A DNA stretch of 64,000 bases from an uncultured Gemmatimonadales bacterium. Its GTDB lineage: Bacteria; Gemmatimonadota; Gemmatimonadetes; Longimicrobiales; RSA9. Numbering within the stretch: position 1 is the first letter of the stretch; each line of letters begins with the position of its first letter. The DNA lies in the NCBI GenBank assembly GCA_963816355.1, contig CAWFKH010000002.1, forward strand, positions 1 to 64,000, read 5' to 3'. The notes beneath the pieces are model-generated. The model was not told the origin of the DNA, did not search any database, and saw nothing but the letters and a program-made list of their open reading frames with translations. This document shows, in pieces, positions 1-8,912 of this stretch. The translations under genes and the position numbers were made by a program.

Positions 1-36
1 ATGCTAGCGTCTTCAACAACCGCAGGACTCCGCCGA

Positions 37-249
37 CTATTCGCGGTCACTAACCGCGATCGCGTGATACTGGGAGTAAGGCACGGGCGCCGAGCGGGCA
101 ATCATCTCGATCGCCGGCGCGCCGGGCAGGTCGGGCTCTCTCTCCCGGCACCCGATGGTTGCGGCCGCAATGAGGAGCCAGATGGCCCAACGCGGGGAGG
201 CGCCGCAGCCCGCGCCCGCGAGTAAACGGCTGTTCATCCGCGTCCGCAT
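37..249 (-). pseudogene. Truncated N-terminus of a beta-propeller lipoprotein (duplicate of the gene at 1868-2970)
   Basis: Signal peptide with lipobox (WAIWLLIAAATIGC). Nucleotides 53-193 are nearly identical to 2777-2917; similarity stops at ~53 and the frame ends at 37. Confidence 0.8.
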
Positions 250-344
250 TCCTCTCGTGCCCGGGAGGATCCGATCCTGCAACCCGCGGGCGATGCTGCC
301 AGCGCGGCAGCCCCTCGAGCCGAAGTCGATCGGCGCTTCGCGCA

Positions 345-1148
345 TTACATACCGTCGTCAGGAACGATCCCGTCCATGGCGTCCGTCAGGGCCTGATACA
401 CCTCCTCCCGCGAGACGCCGAGATGGTACGCGGCCACGGCGACCGGCTTCACCATGCCCGACAGCACCTGGTACGCATCGTCCGGCCGATCGGGGCCGCC
501 GGGAGGGACCCGCGTTCCTTTCACGCGATCGCCCTCCAGCACGCCCTGCTGCGAGAGATCCGCGTAGGCCCGTGCCACCGTTCCCGGCGCGACTCCCAGC
601 CTGTCAGCCAGTCCCCGGACCGACGGCAGGCGCTCGCCGGCACGAAGCCGACCCCGAGCGATCGCCTCCTTGATCTTCTCGATGATCTGCTCGTTGAACG
701 TCTGGCTGGAGTCGTCGTCCAGGGAAATCTCGAACGGAGGCACGCCGGTCGCGGCTTCCACGTGCTTCGCGAGAACGCCGGGCTCCAGGCCCACCGCCTC
801 GAGCACTCTCGCGGCCCTGCTTTGCGGATCACTCGCCAGCTCGTGAAGCACCTCGACGAGCGGGATTCCGGTGCCCCGCAGCTCCAGCCTCCCGATCAGC
901 CGCTTCAGCACGCTCGTAAGCGGAACCCGGTCTATTCGGACGGCCTCCGATACCACGACGTTCATCCGAGCGGTGGCCGCCTCGACGACCCGCGCGCCGG
1001 TCACGCCGGACACCAGCGTGCCGGGACTCTCGAGCGCCACGCCCAGCAGCAGATGTTCCGGCCCCGCGTAATCGCTCCCCACGCGCGCTGCCGCCCGCTC
1101 GGCCATCCCCCTGAGGCCCCTCGTCTTCAGAACCCGCGCCTCGTCCAT
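345..1148 (-). CDS. GntR (YtrA-subfamily) transcriptional regulator fused to an N-terminal Clp_N-like domain
   Basis: N-terminal DYAGPEHLLLG (Clp_N-like); C-terminal QIIEKIKEAIARGRLRAGERLPSVRGLADRLGVAPGTVARAY wHTH; GGAGG RBS upstream. Confidence 0.85.
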   Translation of the reverse strand: MDEARVLKTRGLRGMAERAAARVGSDYAGPEHLLLGVALESPGTLVSGVTGARVVEAATARMNVVVSEAVRIDRVPLTSVLKRLIGRLELRGTGIPLVEVLHELASDPQSRAARVLEAVGLEPGVLAKHVEAATGVPPFEISLDDDSSQTFNEQIIEKIKEAIARGRLRAGERLPSVRGLADRLGVAPGTVARAYADLSQQGVLEGDRVKGTRVPPGGPDRPDDAYQVLSGMVKPVAVAAYHLGVSREEVYQALTDAMDGIVPDDGM

Positions 1149-1161
1149 CGTCCACCTCCAG

Positions 1162-1227
1162 GCTAGTGTATCAACCCCAATGACACACTAGCGCGTCGGC
1201 GGGCGTGTGTCAATGGAACTGACACAC
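1162..1227 (-). promoter_or_regulatory. Sigma70 promoter overlapped by two palindromic GntR/YtrA-type operators
   Basis: Minus strand TTGACA (1213-1208)-N17-TAGTGT (1190-1185). Palindromes GCTAGTGTATCA-N7-TGACACACTAGC (1162-1192) and GTGTGTCA-N7-TGACACAC (1205-1227). Confidence 0.85.
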
Positions 1228-1329
1228 CCTCGTTCCAGCACCACCCGTCCGCCTGTTCGCGTCAGCTGGTGCGAGGGAAGAAATGCGGAAAAGATCTGGC
1301 TGGCACCGTGGAAACAGGAGCGGCGGGCA

Positions 1330-1445
1330 TCACGCGCTCCGTAGCGCCTCCGCGGGTGGGATCGTGAGCGCGCGGAGCATGGGCAGCACGCTCGCGGCGA
1401 GGCCGATGGCGAGGACGCCGGCCGTTACGGCGAGGAACTTGGCCG
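1330..1445 (-). pseudogene. C-terminal fragment of an ADOP/MacB-type ABC permease
   Basis: Manual translation PAKFLAVTAGVLAIGLAASVLPMLRALTIPPAEALRSA* matches the typical permease C-terminus; the fragment is cut at the repeat element. Confidence 0.7.
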
Positions 1446-1447
1446 GA

Positions 1448-1680
1448 GCCGTCCGTAATCGCCGTCAACTCACCCCCGCCGGCCGCCATTTCTGATCCGG
1501 GGCAGATCGGACCGCGCGAGGCGGGGTCGCAATTGCTCCGCGAGGGTGCGGCTTCGGGCTAGGGGCGGAGTTGACCGCTCTCCGCGCCGTCCAGCATGCC
1601 CCACGCCGGGATGGGTCCGGCGAGGGTGAGCTTTGACGTCCCCCGCCGCCGGCGCGACCCACGCAGAACAGCGAGGAGCC
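1448..1680 (+). repeat. ~240-bp structured dispersed repeat, copy 1
   Basis: Homologous to 8913-9162 (reverse) and 18498-18748. Long stem 1463-1482 pairs with 1617-1638; internal hairpins; ends in GAGGAG. Confidence 0.9.
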
Positions 1681-1867
1681 CCCATGGGAGGAGAAAGCAC
1701 CCGACCCGCGCAAGGTGCCGGCTGCTTCGGTTCGCGTCATCCAGCATCGGCTTCACTCCCCCGGGCGGGTCGGCCCGCGCCCGGTGTCCTCCGGAGGCAT
1801 GCGCGCGCGGACACGCCTGAAGGCCGAGCGCTACCTCCGCAGCGCTTTCCTCACCATCACGCGGCAG

Positions 1868-2970
1868 CTACGGTTGGCTGACGCGGACCTCGCGCACCCG
1901 GTACCACTCGATCCTGGGTGGGTAGACGCCCGCCGCCGTGCTGTCCGTGGCCTCGACGAGCGCGACGAGAAGGGAGTCGGAGACCTGGAAGTCAAGCACG
2001 TGTCCGGCGACCTCGACGCGGGCAGAATGACCGCGTCGATCGACGACATCGATCCAGGTGCCGCGTCCGCTCGGCCGCGGTGTCGCGATCCACACGCGAC
2101 CGGACGGATCGACCCTGAATGGCCCTCGCTCCAGGGCATTGGCCGGCGGCGGTAACGTTGGATCTCAGCGGCTGGCGGTGGCGCGTGGAACAGGGCTGTC
2201 AGCTCGGCCGTGTAGCGGGCCACGTCCCGTTCCGTGGGGTGGACGGACCCGAAGCCGGAGGGCTCGATCTCCTGGACGACATGCCCCGCCGCGTCCTGCC
2301 TGGAGAAGCGATCGAGGCCGAGCCGCAGGACCATCTCACCGTCCGGACCCGCCGCAGCGCCGGTGATGGCGGCAGTGTCGCGGCCGGACCGACTCTCGGG
2401 TGCCCGATAGATCTGGCGCCGCACGACGGAGTCGCGCCGGATGGAAATCCAGGCGACGCTCAGCGTGCGCGAGCGCGTCGGTCGCAGCAAGCCCAACATG
2501 GAATCCGGTCCCACGTCGCCGACCGGGAGCCCGGGGAACGGGATGCGAACGGTCCGTTCGTATTGAAACTTGGGTGAATACAGCGTGAGTCGCCGGTTCC
2601 CGAGGTGCACGTACCCGAGCCCACCTCCGGACACCCGGATGAGGTAGCCGAGTGGAAGGATCTCACCGGGACCGCTTCCCTTCGCTGCGAACGACACCGG
2701 ATGCTGCCACCGCCGATCGCCGCACACGATCTGGATCGCGTACGACTCGAGCATGCAGGCGTGGTGGGGGGAAACGACCGCGATCGTGTGATACCGGGAG
2801 TAAGGCACGGGCGCCGAGCGGGCAATCATCTCGATCGCCGGCGCGCCGGGCAGGTCGGGCTCTCTCTCCCGGCACCCGATGGTTGCGGCCGCAATGAGGA
2901 GCCAGATGGCCCAACGCCAAGGACGGGCAGGGAGAAACGGGTACTTCGCTGGTGCGGCCCTTCCCGGCAT
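1868..2970 (-). pseudogene. 6-bladed beta-propeller lipoprotein, frameshifted near 2120-2130
   Basis: Lipobox TIGC and KGSGPGE motif. The C-terminal part continues in another frame (FRVDPSGRVWIATPR...IEWYRV) to a stop at 1868. Confidence 0.8.
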
Positions 2971-2973
2971 TAT

Positions 2974-3135
2974 CTACTGCCCGCAGTTGACAGATATGCA
3001 GTAATTATAGAAGTCAGTGGCATACTGTAATCCGTACCCATTATCCAAATACCACATGGCAACATTGTGACAGCCTTCCGGGCAGTTGATGTATGCGAAT
3101 GAGGGACTGGGGTCAAGCGCAAGCAACGTCGGCAC
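2974..3135 (-). pseudogene. Secreted Cys-rich peptide (4 Cys), 5'-truncated; not in the ORF track
   Basis: Manual translation VPTLLALDPSPSFA/YINCPEGCHNVAMWYLDNGYGLQYATDFYNYCISVNCGQ*. The stop lies 3 nt before the propeller ATG at 2970. Confidence 0.7.
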
Positions 3136-3425
3136 CCAGGGCGACGGCGACCGGGAGGCGCTGCTCCCGGCGCACTTTGCGGATCCAGGGGAGGTCTTCC
3201 AGCAGCTGCCATCGGTTCGCGCACCCGATCGCCACCGCGATGAAGCGCCGGTCGAGAGGCGGCGGCACGCTTGAAGCGAGACGCACGGGGCGCGGGCCGT
3301 CGTAGTCGAGTCGCACGAGGAGGATCATGCCTCCAAGGTGCACGCGAAAAATCATCCAGAAATCATCTGACGCTTATCGGCCCGCATAACTCTCTGTGCT
3401 ACAAGACCTTACGGGATCGACAAGA
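3127..3425 (-). pseudogene. 5' fragment plus upstream region of the AraC-like regulator (duplicate of 14067-14365)
   Basis: Near-identical sequence; ATG at 3328; truncated at 3127, where it joins the peptide gene. Confidence 0.9.
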
Positions 3426-3443
3426 CGGGCGACGAAGCGCCGA

Positions 3444-3721
3444 GGGGAGGCGCCGCAGCCCGCCCACGGCGAGTAAACGGTTGTTCATCAGCGTCCGTAT
3501 TCCCTCCTCGACGCGGCAGGATCCGATCCTGTAACCCGCGGGCGATGCTGCCAGCGCGGCAGGCCCTCGAGCCGAAGTCGATCAGCCGTTCGCACGAACG
3601 ATCGCCTCCTTGATCTTCGCGGTGATCTGCTCGTTGAACGTCTGGCTGGAGTCGTCGTCCAGGGAAATCTCGAACGGAGGCATGCCGGTCGCGGTTTCCA
3701 CGTGCTTCGCGAGAACTCCGG
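3444..3721 (-). pseudogene. Diverged, internally deleted copy of the GntR gene plus propeller 5' region
   Basis: 3444-3584 corresponds to 194-333; 3599-3721 corresponds to 659-781. Confidence 0.85.
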
Positions 3722-3726
3722 AGGAT

Positions 3727-3800
3727 TCAAAACTCGGCGAGGTCGATCCGGAGTGGAGCCGCGCCTGCGGGCCCGCGTCGCCTACACCCGACCGCGGCGA
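3727..3800 (-). pseudogene. Lipoprotein N-terminal stub cut by IS256
   Basis: Reads IAAVGCRRRGPAGAAPLRIDLAEF* (lipobox AVGC). A candidate ATG lies at 5301 on the other side of the IS, 4 nt after the peptide stop. Confidence 0.45.
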
Positions 3801-3801
3801 T

Positions 3802-5290
3802 AGTGCTGTCAACTTTTTTCTGTAGAAGTGGCCTGAGCCCCTCGATTGTGTGATCCCTCATTCTCCGCCCTGGTGGGGTCGAGGGCCGGAGCGCCGAAGG
3901 CGCGGGAGGCCACGTTGATTCCCACCGGGGTCCTGCGCCGGCCGCGAATCTCAGGCGGCCGCCACGAGAGCCTCCGCCGACTCTCCCTTCCTCGGTTCCG
4001 CCAGCGGTTCCATACGCAGGTAGCGGCGCCCGGTCACCCAGTCCTCCTGCCATTCCTTCAGCAGCGCAGTCACGAGCCGGCGCAGGCTGTCGAGGTTCGG
4101 GAAGATCCGCACGACCCGGGTCCGGCGCAGCAACTCCTGGTTTACCCGCTCGTTCCCGTTCGTGGTGCGGATGCGCCGGCGGTGCTGCTCCGGGAAGTGG
4201 AAGCAACTCAAGGTCTCCTCTCCCATGACCTCGAGCCACTCGGCCAGGTCCGGATACTCGGGAGCCAGCTCGGCCACGAGATCCCCCAGCGCCGCCCGGG
4301 CCGCCTCGTGGTCCTCGCTGTCGTCCCAGACCCGCCGCAACCGCTTGTGAAGCTCGTCTTCGAGCGCCTTCGGAGCCTTCTCCAGTGCGTTCATGAGGAA
4401 GTGCCGCTGGCATCGCTGCCACGGCACGCCCGGCAGATGACGCCGCCGAGCCTCGGCCAGGCCCGGATGGGCATCCGCCACCACGAGCTCCACCCCCCTC
4501 AAGCCCCGCTCCTGCAACCCGGCCAGGAAGTCCGACCAAGTCGCGGTGGTTTCGCCCATGGCCACGTCCGCGCCCAGCACGTGCCGATGTCCGGTCTCGC
4601 TCACCCCGATCGCGACCAGCACCGCGACGTCCACGATCCGGTGGTCCACGCGCACCTTCTCATAGCGCGCATCCAGGACCAGGTACGGGAAGGCCTCCAC
4701 GAGCTCTCGGCTCCGCCACGGCTCGAGCTCCGCATCCAGCTCCTGCGCGTACCGGCTCACCGTTTCGTGGCTCAGACCTTCTCCGAACAGTTCCTCACAG
4801 ATCGCGGCCACCTTTCGCGTCGACACCCCTTGCACGCAGCACTGCGCCAGCGCACTGATCAGCGCGCCCTCGCTCCGCTGGTACCGCTCCAGCACCGACG
4901 GGTAGAAGCCCCCAACCCGCGTCTGCGGCACCCGAAGCTCCAGGACCCCCACCCGTGTCCGCTGCGTCCGCGGCTTGTAGCCATTCCGCTGCGCCCTCCG
5001 CGCCTCACCCCGCTCGAACGGCGCCGGGCCCACGTACACGTCCCGCTCCGACCCCATCAGCGCCTGCACCCGGCCCGGAGAATCTCCGCCAGGAGATCCC
5101 GGTCCGACTCCAGCACCGCTTGCATCCACTCCGTCACATCATGAGATTGGTCCTGACGGGTCACGATTCCCTCCTCAGTCAAGTGATTTTTTGCGATTTC
5201 ACTCAACCGAAGGGATCGGGGCCCGTCTCTGCAACCGCCTCGACGGAACCCCTTCAACCCACTTCTACAGAAACCAGCTTACACAGTGCC
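3802..5290 (-). mobile_element. IS256-family insertion sequence (ends approximate)
   Basis: Inverted repeats share TTTCTGTAGAAGTGG (3817-3831 and reverse complement 5259-5273); no clear target duplication. Confidence 0.8.
3951..5164 (-). pseudogene. IS256-family transposase with a frameshift near 5070
   Basis: RNGYKPR, LVLDARYEKVR, WQRCQRHF and IRTTNGNER motifs. The true N-terminus VTRQDQSHDV (after GAGGAGG) is in a different frame. Confidence 0.9.
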
Positions 5291-5305
5291 GCGCCGGCCA
5301 TTACG

Positions 5306-5512
5306 CTATTGGATTGCCGTACAACCGCACCTATAATTACATATATCGCCGTTGGGTCCACAATCGATCACTTGCGCCAAACCGCACGGGCTTGAAGTGC
5401 ATTGCTCGCAAGCGTCAACGCACGAACCGCCCGCTAACACCGCTGAGGGTAGAACCGCCAACCCACTCACGGACACGATAATCCACGCTGCCCTCAGGAT
5501 TAGTGTACGCAT
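5306..5512 (-). CDS. Secreted Cys-rich peptide (68 aa, 8 Cys)
   Basis: Strong RBS AGGAGGAGG; MRTLILRAAWIIVSVSGLAVLPSAVLA/GGSCVDACEQCTSSPCGLAQVIDCGPNGDICNYRCGCTAIQ. Confidence 0.85.
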   Translation of the reverse strand: MRTLILRAAWIIVSVSGLAVLPSAVLAGGSCVDACEQCTSSPCGLAQVIDCGPNGDICNYRCGCTAIQ

Positions 5513-5537
5513 TTCTGATCCTCCTCCTGTTGATCGT

Positions 5538-6110
5538 CTACGGACGCACCCGCTGCCGCACTGCAGCTTGATATCCTCTCGACAAGACTTGCCGCCAACG
5601 TGACGCAACATGAGATGGTGTGGCCACGTCTCGAAGCCAGCCGGCGTTCGTGAGTTTCGCAGAAAGCACGACGCCCTGTCGGTCAACTTGGATCATAGCT
5701 GGAGTTACGTGGACACCCAGCAGCTCCCCCAACCGTCCATGTTTAACCACAATAACCCTGCCGACGGTCTCCGGCCATTCATCGCTAATGTAACTCATAA
5801 CACCGGCTGTATCAGCCACTTCCACTATCATAGCATAGTTCTTGTGTTTATCTACTAGGTGGAAGTAGCTCCACCAGCGACTAGTGCAGGTACGGCACCA
5901 TTGCGATATCACGATATACACGCCACCACGAGGTAACCGGTCTGAGAGTTTGGACGGCACCTTGAAGCCGGCCGGCGGCAAGCTTCCTGGCAAAGCGCGC
6001 CCAACCGAGTGACTTCCAAGGCCCGCAGGCACAGACAACGTCGCCAAGGGCAGCAGCGTTAAGAGAATGCGCACGCCATAACGACGCGCGTGGCGATGCA
6101 CCTCATTCAT
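5538..6110 (-). CDS. Membrane-anchored thioredoxin-like (TlpA/MauD-like) protein
   Basis: N-terminal hydrophobic segment, WCRTC, and cis-Pro loop VTPAMIQVDRQGVV; ATGA overlap with the propeller gene. Confidence 0.8.
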   Translation of the reverse strand: MNEVHRHARRYGVRILLTLLPLATLSVPAGLGSHSVGRALPGSLPPAGFKVPSKLSDRLPRGGVYIVISQWCRTCTSRWWSYFHLVDKHKNYAMIVEVADTAGVMSYISDEWPETVGRVIVVKHGRLGELLGVHVTPAMIQVDRQGVVLSAKLTNAGWLRDVATPSHVASRWRQVLSRGYQAAVRQRVRP

Positions 6111-7210
6111 GGCTGGCTGCAGGCCTTGGGATGGGCGGAATCTCCGACGCCATGGCGCAACATCATGTTCGTCAACGTACTCGCGGACATCTTCAACACC
6201 AACGGCGTGGGATCTTCTGCGCCGAGCAAAACGTCTCCTCCATTAGAGTCGAGTATCTGGAACCATCCGGACAAGTACATTCTGCATCGCGACTCATCGT
6301 GGATGGTCGTGATGAGCGTAAGCGAGTCGGAGCCAGCGCCCGAATCTCTGCGCACCTGAACGGCCCAGAGGATGTGATCGTTTACGACACCGAGACCCGC
6401 CGGCCGGGGCGGTTGAGCACCGTGGAGCGCAAAGGTCCCCGGTCCCGTCGGCTGAAAATGCTCCTGGGGCCCCAACGAATCAATATGTACGCCGTAAGGC
6501 TTACGATTGGCGCACGGTACGACCATGAGTCTATCCATTCCCGCTTCTTCTGTATAGAACACCGCACGATCTTCTGTTGTCACCTCAAAGAATGGATGAA
6601 CTCGCCGGCTGTTGCTCCGGATGTGCCCCAGCCGAGCTGCGGTATCTTCGTGGAGCGTGAGACTTCGGGAGAACGTAATCGTGCCCGGCGCTTCGAACTC
6701 GTTGTGATCCGTCACGAACTTGAACATGCCTCCACATCCCTCGAATGCTCCTGCCAGTTGCCGCCCATAATCAGTGTACGTTCTCAAGTGACGCCCTGAA
6801 CTGTCCAGGAGGATGAGCTTGTCGGTCTGCACCACGACGACTCGGTCCGGACCGGCTCGAGCGATGCTCAGAGGTCGTCGCGCTTCCGCGGGGCCATCGC
6901 CGGCGGGCACCGCCGACCCAAGGAATTTACCATTCCTGTCGAAGAGTCGGACAAATGGAGGTGACGCATCCAGCACGACGATCCGCGTGTCCAGCAACAC
7001 GGCATCGAGAACATGGTGGAATGTGGCGAGGCGTTCACCGGGCCGATCCACCCCCACCCGCGCCTCCAGGTCCGAATCGGCGAGCGACACCACCTCGCGA
7101 ATGTGACCTCCAGGAGTGTTCGCCTCACGACTGCACGCGCTTGATGTGAACAGTGTGAGACCGGCGCACATTGTCGCACTTCCGAATCTCGCGAACAGGA
7201 TCCTTTTCAA
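6107..7210 (-). CDS. 6-bladed beta-propeller lipoprotein
   Basis: Lipobox-like SSAC; IVVLD...VRLFDRNGKFLG...GDGPAE motif; 367 aa. Confidence 0.85.
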   Translation of the reverse strand: MKRILFARFGSATMCAGLTLFTSSACSREANTPGGHIREVVSLADSDLEARVGVDRPGERLATFHHVLDAVLLDTRIVVLDASPPFVRLFDRNGKFLGSAVPAGDGPAEARRPLSIARAGPDRVVVVQTDKLILLDSSGRHLRTYTDYGRQLAGAFEGCGGMFKFVTDHNEFEAPGTITFSRSLTLHEDTAARLGHIRSNSRRVHPFFEVTTEDRAVFYTEEAGMDRLMVVPCANRKPYGVHIDSLGPQEHFQPTGPGTFALHGAQPPRPAGLGVVNDHILWAVQVRRDSGAGSDSLTLITTIHDESRCRMYLSGWFQILDSNGGDVLLGAEDPTPLVLKMSASTLTNMMLRHGVGDSAHPKACSQP

Positions 7211-7282
7211 GGAACCCCCGAAGATACTGTGTGAACCGCGCCGAGCTTCCCGGAGACTGGGCTACAGTGAGTGCCGCCACGG

Positions 7283-7464
7283 GGCCGTCCCGCCCGACGG
7301 CCACATCCCTGACCTCGAAGAACGTATATTCGGACGGGCCGTCTTCTCGCCCGATCTGAAGTATCGGCGCCGAGTCCGGGCTCTGGCAACCATAGGCGAT
7401 AGCAGGTTCAAACGCCCCCTAATCCGATCATGGCAATCGTCGCTGCGATGCGCCGTGTCTGCAT
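7283..7464 (-). pseudogene. N-terminal stub of another beta-propeller protein
   Basis: MQTRRIAATIAMIGLG, a frameshift in a G run, then AIAYGCQSPDSAPILQIGREDGPSEYTFFEVRDVAVGRDG. Confidence 0.65.
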
Positions 7465-7475
7465 AAGCAAACCCA

Positions 7476-8845
7476 GAGGTCACGTCAATAGGTGTGTAAA
7501 CGGCATCAGGCGGCGGCCCTTTCGGACTGACTGGTGACGGGGATGCCGTCGACGTACTTCGCGCCCGCGGAAACGGCCGCGAGCAGGTGTGCGGCGTTGA
7601 GCCGCCGGAAGGTCTTCTCCGCTACGAGGAGCAGCTTCCAGATCAACGCCGTGGCGTTCTCGACCCGCTTGTAGCGCTTTGCGGCCGTGGTCCTGAGCCG
7701 CACAGAGGCGAAGGGCGACTCGACGATGTTGGTGGTGCGCAGGTGGACCCAGTGCTCGTGGGGGAAGGAGAAGAAGGTGACCATCCGCTCCCAGTCCCGC
7801 TTGAGCGCCGCCATCGCCTTGGGGTAGAGCCGCTCGAACTGCTTCACGCACCGCTCACGCGCTTTCTCGCACTCAGCCCTGCTCTCGGCGTACATCATTC
7901 CTCTCAGGTGCTGGCGTACGGCCGCCTGCTGCTTCCTCGGAACCTGGTCCAGCACGTTGACCATCTTGTGATTCCAGCAACGCTGCTCCTCGCACCGCGG
8001 CCAGATCTCGGGGACCGCGGCCCAGATGCCCAGGTGGCCGTCGGCGACCAGGAGCCGCGGCGCGTTCATGCCGCGGCCCTTCAGGTCGCGCAGTACGCCC
8101 AGCCACGACTCGCGCGACTCCCGCTGCCCGCTCTCCACGGCGAGCACGACCTTCTCGCCCTCGCGGGTCCCACCGATGATCACCAGGAGCGCCGCCTTGC
8201 CGTCGTCGATGCCGGCCTTTACGTACAGGCCATCCGCCCAGCAGTACACGATGTCGAGCTCGGCCAGCGAACGGCTCCGCCACTCCTGGAACTCGAGCTG
8301 CCACTGCGCCTTCAGCCGAGCGATCGAAGCGGCCGAAAGGGGAGCAGCGTCCCCCAGCAGCCCCCTCAGCGCGAGCTCGAAGTCGCCGAGCGCCAGCCCG
8401 TGCAGGTAGAGCTGGGGCAGGAGCTCGCTGACTTCCTCCGTGCGCCGCTTGAACAGCGGAAGGATTCGGCTCTCGAACCGCTCTTCCAGCCCTCGGACCC
8501 GCGGGCGCCGAACCTTGATCGTGCCGTTCGACAACGCCAGCTTACGCGCCTTGCCGTAGCCGTTGCGGTAGACCGGCTCCGATCCGGGCTCTCGCCGCTC
8601 CGACTTCCGCCGGCCCAGGAGCCCTTCGACCTCTTCCTCGAGCAGCCGCTGGACGAATACCTGAACCTGCTCGCGGGCAAAGCCCTCCAGCTGTCCCCAT
8701 ACCACGCTTGACGACGAGGACGCTTCCTTGGTTACCTTTGACACGGCGGTGGCTCCTTTCGTGCGGGCACGAGGCCCGTGGTTGATGGCTCAACCGAAAG
8801 GTGTCACCGCCTTCTGCTCGTTTCCACACCCTCTGAAGATACCTC
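7476..8845 (-). mobile_element. Complete IS256-family element with 8-bp target site duplication
   Basis: 25-bp imperfect IRs (GAGGTCACGTCAATAGGTGTGTAAA / GAGGTATCTTCAGAGGGTGTGGAAA); CAAACCCA at 7468-7475 and 8846-8853. Confidence 0.95.
7506..8744 (-). CDS. IS256-family transposase, intact
   Basis: YRNGYG, WADGLY, LLVADG, QRCWNHK and LRTTNIVES motifs. Confidence 0.95.
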   Translation of the reverse strand: MSKVTKEASSSSSVVWGQLEGFAREQVQVFVQRLLEEEVEGLLGRRKSERREPGSEPVYRNGYGKARKLALSNGTIKVRRPRVRGLEERFESRILPLFKRRTEEVSELLPQLYLHGLALGDFELALRGLLGDAAPLSAASIARLKAQWQLEFQEWRSRSLAELDIVYCWADGLYVKAGIDDGKAALLVIIGGTREGEKVVLAVESGQRESRESWLGVLRDLKGRGMNAPRLLVADGHLGIWAAVPEIWPRCEEQRCWNHKMVNVLDQVPRKQQAAVRQHLRGMMYAESRAECEKARERCVKQFERLYPKAMAALKRDWERMVTFFSFPHEHWVHLRTTNIVESPFASVRLRTTAAKRYKRVENATALIWKLLLVAEKTFRRLNAAHLLAAVSAGAKYVDGIPVTSQSERAAA

Positions 8846-8912
8846 CAAACCCATTCCGAAGTCAGTGCTGTCCGGTTATAGGTCGCAGAGCCGCACCTGG
8901 TTATGAATGTGG

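Noticed and set aside
1448..1680. Repeat as tRNA, group II intron end or classic MITE
   Set aside because: No cloverleaf, no domain V motif, and no terminal inverted repeats with a TSD.
1684..1881. ORFs immediately downstream of repeat copy 1 (ATG at 1684, or at 1799 after GGAGG)
   Set aside because: No recognisable protein features; possibly a truncated passenger gene, but this cannot be supported.
7396..7416. GCGATAGCAGGTTCAAACGC resembles the ISCR/IS91 oriIS motif as I recall it
   Set aside because: No rolling-circle transposase is nearby, and the bases read well as part of a propeller signal peptide with one G-run frameshift.
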